Below are positions 58,305 through 64,000 of a stretch of DNA of 64,000 nt, piece after piece (positions within the stretch are counted from its first letter, which is position 1; the number at the start of each line of letters is the position of its first letter). The stretch is from positions 6,225 through 70,224 of the forward strand of contig JBDSKN010000015.1 in the NCBI GenBank assembly GCA_039916865.1, given 5' to 3'. The stretch comes from Ilumatobacteraceae bacterium (lineage in GTDB: Bacteria; Actinomycetota; Acidimicrobiia; Acidimicrobiales; Ilumatobacteraceae). The notes under the pieces were generated by a model, which saw only the letters and a list, made by a program, of their open reading frames with translations, was not told the origin of the DNA and made no database searches. The position numbers and the translations under genes were made by a program.

Positions 58305-59350
58305 TTCCCATTCTGATGGCGGGGGCCATCGGCATGTTTGCTTCTATGGCCGGCACTCGAGGTTTAATGCATTACTTTCGTCGCCTCGGCAAGGGCCAGC
58401 CAATTCTTGGTGCGCTTGATCGCGGGCCGGAGTGGCACATGAGTAAACAGGGCACACCGACGATGGGTGGCATCGCAATTTTGTTCGCCGGCGCACTCGG
58501 CTGGGCCGTCGCCCACATTCGTCCCGGTCTGGCATTTTCCGATCAGGCGATGATTATTTGGCTGGCGGTGATTGTCCTTGGCTTAATCGGATTCCTTGAT
58601 GATTTCCTCAAGGTGCGTCGTCAACATAATCGCGGAATATTTTGGAAGAAAAAGGGCTGGATCACATTCGGAATCACGGTGATCTTGCTGTGGCTTCTTG
58701 CGTCAACTACGGGAGTTCACGAAACTCTTTCATTTACTCGAGCCACCTACCCGGGGTGGGATTTGTCGGGTCCGTTGTTCGTGTTATGGACCGCGCTGAT
58801 GGTGTGGAGCACGGCAAATGCGGTAAATGTCACCGATGGCTTGGATGGATTGGCCGCAGGTTCTGCATTGTTTGGATTCCTGGCATTTACGATCATCGCC
58901 TACTGGGCATTTCGTAATCCAAGAATTTACGACATCGTCAATCCCCTTGACCTGGCCGTTTTGTCGGCCGGACTGGCGGGTGCGTGTGGCGGATTTTTGT
59001 GGTGGAATGCGGCGCCAGCACGAATCATCATGGGCGATGTTGGCTCGCTCGGGATCGGGGCAGCACTGGGAATGTTGGCGGTTACTACCAATACGCAACT
59101 CCTGTTGCCAATTATTTGCGGAATCAACGTGTTCGAGGCCGGATCGGTGGCATTGCAGATGGGTGTTTTCAAGGCATCCGGTCGCAAAAGACGATTGTTG
59201 AAAATGTCTCCAATTCATCATCACTTCGAACTCAATGGCTGGCCGGAGACGACGGTGATTATTCGATTCTGGATCATCTCGGGGATTTGCGTGGCGACCG
59301 CCGTGGCAATTTTCATTGCCGATTTCACCTCCGAAGTGCGGCTGAAATGA
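58301..59350 (+). CDS. mraY: Phospho-N-acetylmuramoyl-pentapeptide transferase
   Basis: PTMGGI, NAVNVTDGLDGLA, PARIIMGDVGSLGIGA, SPIHHHFEL. GTGA overlap with the murE stop. Confidence 0.95.
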   Translation: MIPILMAGAIGMFASMAGTRGLMHYFRRLGKGQPILGALDRGPEWHMSKQGTPTMGGIAILFAGALGWAVAHIRPGLAFSDQAMIIWLAVIVLGLIGFLDDFLKVRRQHNRGIFWKKKGWITFGITVILLWLLASTTGVHETLSFTRATYPGWDLSGPLFVLWTALMVWSTANAVNVTDGLDGLAAGSALFGFLAFTIIAYWAFRNPRIYDIVNPLDLAVLSAGLAGACGGFLWWNAAPARIIMGDVGSLGIGAALGMLAVTTNTQLLLPIICGINVFEAGSVALQMGVFKASGRKRRLLKMSPIHHHFELNGWPETTVIIRFWIISGICVATAVAIFIADFTSEVRLK

Positions 59351-60702
59351 CTTCCACCATGGTGTACGGACTTGCGGTCGCTGGCGAAGCCGTTGCACGC
59401 GCATTGGTGGAACGCGGTGAGCGGGTGGTGCTGGCCGATGATTTCATCAATGCCCGTCATCTCCAATTGGCCGCCGAACTCGGAACTGTTCTCATCGATG
59501 GAGCCGATGTCAAGGAAATAGACCGACAAATTCGAAATATCGATCGAGTAGTTCCGGCGCCGGGTGTACCAGAGCGACATCGAATAATTTCGGAATCCCG
59601 GGCGCTTCAGATTCCGCTGATGTCTGAGATCGAGGTTGCCTATCGCATCGAACAGGAGCGCGATGGCGGTCCAAGGCCAATGGTCGGTGTCACGGGTACC
59701 GATGGCAAAACAACAACGACGTTGATGGCGGCCGCAATCTTGACCAAGGCGGGACATCGCAGCATGGCGGTTGGGAATACCGAGACCCCGCTCATCGCCG
59801 CTCTGAATTCGTCTACAGAGGTTTTTGCGGTGGAGTGTTCAAGCTTTCGACTTGCATACACCGAGCAATTTCGAGTTCGTGCATCGGTTTGGTTGAATTT
59901 CGCACCCGACCATCTGGACTGGCACGACAGCATTGACTCGTACCGAGACGCAAAAGCCAATATTTGGCAGTACACCCGCGCCGGCGACGTAGCGGTAGCC
60001 CCGGCAGACGATGACTTACTGCTCGGGATTGCCCGAGATGCCGCTGCTCGAACGGTAACCTTTGGGACAAATCGAGGCGACTACAGCGGGATCGGTCGAA
60101 AACTCGCTTCGCCGCACGGCCTGATCATGTCGGCCGATGAAATGAAGCGATCGCTGCCACACGATGTAACTAACGCGCTTGCCGCGGCTGCAATCTGTAT
60201 CGAAGCGGGACTTGCCGAGCCACAACATGTTGCCCAAGCGATGGCCGAATTCAAGCACGCACCGCATCGAATTCAGATAGTGGCCGAACGCGACGGCGTG
60301 CGCTGGTATGACGACTCCAAGGCCACCTCACCTCATGCCGCCCAGGTTGCGCTCAGGTCGTTTGACAACATTGTGCTCATCGCTGGCGGTAGAAACAAAA
60401 ATTTGGATCTGTCGTCGATGGCAAGCCAACCAGGTCGGATGCGTGCGGTGGTGGCGATCGGAGAATCCGCGCCCGATATTTTCAGCGCATTTAACGGAAT
60501 GTGCCCGGTCGAAACGGCCACATCGATGCAAGATGCAATCCGATTCGCTCGTCGTCGGGCCAAATCAGGCGATGTCGTTCTGCTATCGCCGGGCTGTGCG
60601 AGTTACGACTGGTACTCAAATTACAACGAACGCGGCGATGATTTTTCGCGCCTCGTGATTGGCGAACTCGGAGAGGAGTTTAAACATGTCGACTGCAATT
60701 AG
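59347..60702 (+). CDS. murD: UDP-N-acetylmuramoylalanine--D-glutamate ligase
   Basis: VTGTDGKTTT, DHLDWH, and DSKATSPHA (D-x-KATN-type motif). ATGA overlap with mraY. Confidence 0.9.
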   Translation: MTSTMVYGLAVAGEAVARALVERGERVVLADDFINARHLQLAAELGTVLIDGADVKEIDRQIRNIDRVVPAPGVPERHRIISESRALQIPLMSEIEVAYRIEQERDGGPRPMVGVTGTDGKTTTTLMAAAILTKAGHRSMAVGNTETPLIAALNSSTEVFAVECSSFRLAYTEQFRVRASVWLNFAPDHLDWHDSIDSYRDAKANIWQYTRAGDVAVAPADDDLLLGIARDAAARTVTFGTNRGDYSGIGRKLASPHGLIMSADEMKRSLPHDVTNALAAAAICIEAGLAEPQHVAQAMAEFKHAPHRIQIVAERDGVRWYDDSKATSPHAAQVALRSFDNIVLIAGGRNKNLDLSSMASQPGRMRAVVAIGESAPDIFSAFNGMCPVETATSMQDAIRFARRRAKSGDVVLLSPGCASYDWYSNYNERGDDFSRLVIGELGEEFKHVDCN

Positions 60703-61876
60703 TGGCAAGTCATTGACACCGGCACAACGTCGCCGGGCGACACTCGATCGGAAGGGTTTCACCGAATCGAGACGTTTGGCGACCAAGGCCCCCACTCGCG
60801 CCTTCTATTGGATCACGGCGTCTATTTCAATGCTGATTCTCTTCGGGCTGATCATGGTTCTGTCCTCATCTTCGATCGTGGCCATCAATCGTGGTGGATC
60901 GGCATGGAACATGTTTCGAAAACAGGCAACATGGGCGATGTTCGGTGCCTTTGCGATGGTTACCACATATCGAATGCCGTACCACATGTGGCGACGATGG
61001 GTGACGCCAGTATTGGCTTTTGCCTTCGCCCTTATGCTTCTCCCGTTTGCTCCAGGTCTTGGTATCAGTATCAACGGCGCAAGGGCGTGGGTATCCGTGG
61101 GACCGATCAATTTCCAGCCCTCCGAAGTCTTGAAACTCGCGGTGTTGTTATTCTGCTGCAACCTGCTTGGCCGACGCCGCAGCGAAATCACCAATCTCCG
61201 ACGAACTTTCATACCAGTCATCGTTGTTTGGGGATTTTCCGGCGGTCTGTGTCTATTGCAGGGTGATCTCGGTGGAGCAATTGTATTTTCGGCAATCATC
61301 CTGTCGGTCCTGTTCATTGCCGGAGTACCGCTGAGACTTATTGGCGCAAGTGCCGCGATCGCCGGAACAATGGGGCTCGGTGCCGTGATGGTTACCGCGA
61401 CACGGCGTAATCGATGGACCGCATTCTTGGATTTGAACGGAACCAAGGGACATTACGGATATCAGGTGTGGGAATCAATTTTGAGTATCGCCAACGGTGG
61501 ACTCCTCGGAGTTGGTGCCGGCGAGGGGACAGGTAAGTGGGGTTATGTTCCACTTGCCCACAGCGACTTCATTTTTGCGATCATCGCCGAGGAGTTTGGC
61601 CTCGTCGGCGCGCTCGGCGTCATCGGTGGTTTTCTCATTCTCGCCTATTTTGGAATTCAGGCGGCCATCGGCGCGCGTGATCCGTTCGGCGCAGTTCTTG
61701 CGGGCGGAATCACGACATGGTTTTGCACTCAAGCATTCATCAATATCGGTGGAGTGACCGGCGCGATGCCAGTAACCGGACTAACACTTCCGCTCATTTC
61801 ATACGGGGGAAGTTCGCTGTTTATGTCAATGGCGGCTGCCGGTTTGTTGCTGAATGTTGCCCGTAACATGAAGTAG
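60686..61876 (+). CDS. ftsW: SEDS peptidoglycan glycosyltransferase FtsW
   Basis: FtsW/RodA family: QPSEVLKLA, TGLTLPLISYGGSS. Position between murD and murG. Confidence 0.9.
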   Translation: MSTAISGKSLTPAQRRRATLDRKGFTESRRLATKAPTRAFYWITASISMLILFGLIMVLSSSSIVAINRGGSAWNMFRKQATWAMFGAFAMVTTYRMPYHMWRRWVTPVLAFAFALMLLPFAPGLGISINGARAWVSVGPINFQPSEVLKLAVLLFCCNLLGRRRSEITNLRRTFIPVIVVWGFSGGLCLLQGDLGGAIVFSAIILSVLFIAGVPLRLIGASAAIAGTMGLGAVMVTATRRNRWTAFLDLNGTKGHYGYQVWESILSIANGGLLGVGAGEGTGKWGYVPLAHSDFIFAIIAEEFGLVGALGVIGGFLILAYFGIQAAIGARDPFGAVLAGGITTWFCTQAFINIGGVTGAMPVTGLTLPLISYGGSSLFMSMAAAGLLLNVARNMK

Positions 61877-61901
61877 GCGAAATGTCTATGAATGCGACTC
61901 G

Positions 61902-63032
61902 ATGACCTCTCGGCAGCATCCAATTTTTGCTGTAATTGCTGGTGGCGGTACAAGTGGACACATATTGCCAGCCCTCGCGATTGCCGAGTTGCTCGTTGAG
62001 GCTGGGCATTCTCCCGATTCGATACATTTTTTTGGCTCGGATCGAGGCGCCGAGTTTACAATTCTGCCCGATTCGCCGTACCCACATACATTTCTGCGCG
62101 TCGACGGTTTCCAGCGCGGCCTGAATCCGCGATCACTGGCACGAAATTTTCGTATGGTGCCAATGATGTGGCGTGCGATTCGATCGGCCCGAGCCTTGCT
62201 TGTGGAATTGCAGCCGAAAGTGGTTATCTCGGTCGGAGGATATGCCAGCGTCCCCGCCACGCGAGCCGCCCATCAGCTAGCAATACCCGTTGTCACATGC
62301 TCGTACGACCGACGTCCAGGTATTGCAACACGACTTCAGTCGCGCTACGCGGCTGTCAGCGCGGTTGCGTATCTGCCCACAAAATTGCACAATGCACAAC
62401 TCACGGGAGCCCCGGTGCGTGCCGCGATACGACACCTACGACGATCTGCCTCGCGCAACGAAGCCAGAGCGAGATTGAATATTGCCCAGGATCGAAGGCT
62501 AATTGTGTTGATGGGCGGATCGCTTGGTTCGGCAGCGTTGAATTCTGTCCTTCGCGGAGTAGTGGAACTGTGGGTAAACCGAACCGATCTATCGATATTG
62601 CATCTGAGTGGTGTTCGCTACTTCAACGACCCGCTGCCGAATCTGGGAGCATCGGCACAACACATCGAATATGTCCGACTGGCCTATTGCGAGAACATGG
62701 TGGACGTGTACGCGGCTGCAGACCTAATTGTTTCGCGGGCGGGAGCGAGTTCGGTAGCGGAAATTGCCACGGTTGGGGTGCCATCTATTTTGGTGCCATG
62801 GAAACAATCGGCGGAAAATCATCAGCAGTTAAACGCGAATTGGCTAGTTGAGCGTGGCGGGGCCGTGACGCTCAGCGATCCCGAACTAAGCGTCGATAGT
62901 TTGGCCAAAGTCATCGCCGATCTCATTGATGATCCCCGACTGCTCGCTCAACTTAGAGATCGAGCCTACGAACTTGGCGCGGTGCATCGAGACAGTTCCA
63001 TAGCACGGGTAATATGTGAGGTAGCACGATGA
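61902..63032 (+). CDS. murG: UDP-N-acetylglucosamine--N-acetylmuramyl-(pentapeptide) pyrophosphoryl-undecaprenol GlcNAc transferase
   Basis: IAGGGTSGHILPALAIAE, GGSLGS, and SRAGASSVAEIATVGVPSILVP...ENHQ..NA. Confidence 0.95.
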   Translation: MTSRQHPIFAVIAGGGTSGHILPALAIAELLVEAGHSPDSIHFFGSDRGAEFTILPDSPYPHTFLRVDGFQRGLNPRSLARNFRMVPMMWRAIRSARALLVELQPKVVISVGGYASVPATRAAHQLAIPVVTCSYDRRPGIATRLQSRYAAVSAVAYLPTKLHNAQLTGAPVRAAIRHLRRSASRNEARARLNIAQDRRLIVLMGGSLGSAALNSVLRGVVELWVNRTDLSILHLSGVRYFNDPLPNLGASAQHIEYVRLAYCENMVDVYAAADLIVSRAGASSVAEIATVGVPSILVPWKQSAENHQQLNANWLVERGGAVTLSDPELSVDSLAKVIADLIDDPRLLAQLRDRAYELGAVHRDSSIARVICEVAR

Positions 63033-64000
63033 GTCGCGTGCACGTTGTTGGCGTTGGTGGTCCGGGAATGAGCGCGATAGCCACCGTGCTTGCCCACATG
63101 GGAAAAGACGTTTCGGGCAGCGACATCCGCGACTCGCCGGTTCTCGACTCGCTGCGCGCGCTTGGTATTCGCATCAATGTTGGTCACGATTCCCAAGTAG
63201 TTGATGGTTGCGATGCGGTAACTTTTTCCTCGGCGATTCCTACTGACAACATCGAGCTATCTGCGGCTCGTCAAAGAGGAATCGAAGTGCTCACTCGTGG
63301 GCAGATGTTGGCCGACATTTGCAGCAAGAAAACCTCGATCGGAGTTGCCGGCACGCACGGAAAAACGACCACCTCGTCGATGCTGATGCTGATGCTCGCG
63401 GATGCCGGAATGGAACCAAGTTTCATAATCGGTGGGGAGGTCGTCGAAGTCGGAACTGGCGCTAAGTGGTCAAAGGGTTCTCTCATGGTTGTGGAGGCCG
63501 ACGAGAGTGATGGAACTCACCGCCAGTTGCCGCTGGCAGGCACAATTCTCACGAATATTGATGTTGATCATCTTGATCACTTCGGAAGTATCGAAAGGAT
63601 TGAGACCGATTTCGATGAATATCTAAGCGGGATATCTGGAACCAGGGTGCTCTGCCTGGATGACGCTCGCTGTGCCCAACTTTCGCATAGACACCAGTCG
63701 ACGACCTATGGGATCGAGTCCGCGGCCGATGTGCGGGCGACACAAATCCTGTTCGACCACGGCTCTTCCGAATTTGATGTCCAGGTCCGAAATAACGGGG
63801 ACTCGAAGTACCAAACTTTGGGGCACATCGGGCTACCTCTGCGTGGTCAACACAATGTTCTCAATGCCCTTGGTGCGCTGACAATGGCAATGGAACTAGG
63901 AGTCTCCTTTGAGAGTGCGGCGCGAACCTTAAATCGGTTTTGCGGGGTGGCGAGACGATTCGATCTGCGTGGAGTCGACGCCGGGGTCACATTCGTCGAT
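63029..64000 (+). CDS. murC: UDP-N-acetylmuramate--L-alanine ligase (5' part; runs off the window)
   Basis: Own translation from ATG 63029 (ATGA overlap with murG): MSRVHVVGVGGPGMSAIATVLAHMG...GVAGTHGKTTTSSM. Confidence 0.9.
   Translation, partial: MSRVHVVGVGGPGMSAIATVLAHMGKDVSGSDIRDSPVLDSLRALGIRINVGHDSQVVDGCDAVTFSSAIPTDNIELSAARQRGIEVLTRGQMLADICSKKTSIGVAGTHGKTTTSSMLMLMLADAGMEPSFIIGGEVVEVGTGAKWSKGSLMVVEADESDGTHRQLPLAGTILTNIDVDHLDHFGSIERIETDFDEYLSGISGTRVLCLDDARCAQLSHRHQSTTYGIESAADVRATQILFDHGSSEFDVQVRNNGDSKYQTLGHIGLPLRGQHNVLNALGALTMAMELGVSFESAARTLNRFCGVARRFDLRGVDAGVTFVD

Noticed and set aside
21613-59346. Long N-terminal extensions in the ORF track (e.g. starts at 21613, 28241, 39498, 40088, 43289, 44918, 48884, 56799, 58244, 58984).
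   Set aside because: The extensions overlap the preceding gene and are Arg/Pro-rich. In each case an internal ATG or GTG reproduces the canonical family N-terminus and usually forms an ATGA/GTGA/TGATG junction with the upstream stop.
22491-61446. Long antisense or alternative-frame ORFs inside strong genes, e.g. 22491..23015(-), 24951..25523(-), 30733..31401(-), 35785..36534(-), 58784..59404(-), 60805..61446(-).
   Set aside because: Each is fully nested in a gene with clear family motifs (folC, mreC, rne, murJ, mraY, ftsW). Their sequences are Arg/Pro/Ser-rich, as is typical of GC-skewed shadow frames.
1-64000. Scan for CRISPR arrays, rRNA genes, IS elements and prophage genes.
   Set aside because: By eye I found no regularly spaced 25-40 nt repeats, no rRNA-like conserved blocks and no transposase, integrase or phage structural motifs in any translated frame. 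The only direct repeats found are the MraZ-box 16-mers and the 15-nt ftsL repeat.

Overview
Dense, almost gap-free chromosomal segment. Gene content and style point to a streamlined actinobacterium: MtrA/MtrB-like two-component pair, DUF3040-like protein, structured RNA between mraZ and rsmH, frequent GTG starts, and many ATGA/GTGA/TGATG stop-start overlaps. This taxonomic reading is inference from motifs, not a database search. I call about 60 CDS, one tRNA-Pro(UGG), and no rRNA, CRISPR array, transposase or integrase. Main blocks, left to right: (1) minus-strand Opp/Dpp-type ABC importer with a fused double ATPase, two permeases and two family-5 binding proteins, one broken by an in-frame TGA; (2) pfk, upp, a GNAT plus enolase-superfamily (OSBS/NSAR) pair, a choline/ethanolamine-kinase-like gene and a dimethylglycine/sarcosine-dehydrogenase-like gene; (3) an uncharacterised two-gene P-loop ATPase cassette (14765-16801) converging on the 3' end of tRNA-Pro, my best candidate for an undescribed system; (4) tig-clpP-clpX-folC-ndk; (5) elongasome mreB-mreC-mreD-mrdA-rodA; (6) rne/rng, rplU-rpmA, dgt-like, obg-proB, murJ; (7) MoxR-VWA-histidine phosphatase, GMC oxidoreductase, glpK; (8) mtrA/mtrB-like pair followed by a 66-aa mini-lipoprotein, IMPase, dinB, ROK kinase, acyl-CoA dehydrogenase, HNH protein; (9) dcw cluster mraZ-rsmH-ftsL-ftsI-murE-mraY-murD-ftsW-murG-murC(partial), with a GTGGGG box array upstream of mraZ, a strongly folded RNA upstream of rsmH, and no murF between murE and mraY. 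All functions come from motifs read in the supplied translations and my own translation of the two edge genes. Start codons are often uncertain, and many ORF-track N-termini were trimmed to starts supported by overlap or RBS logic.
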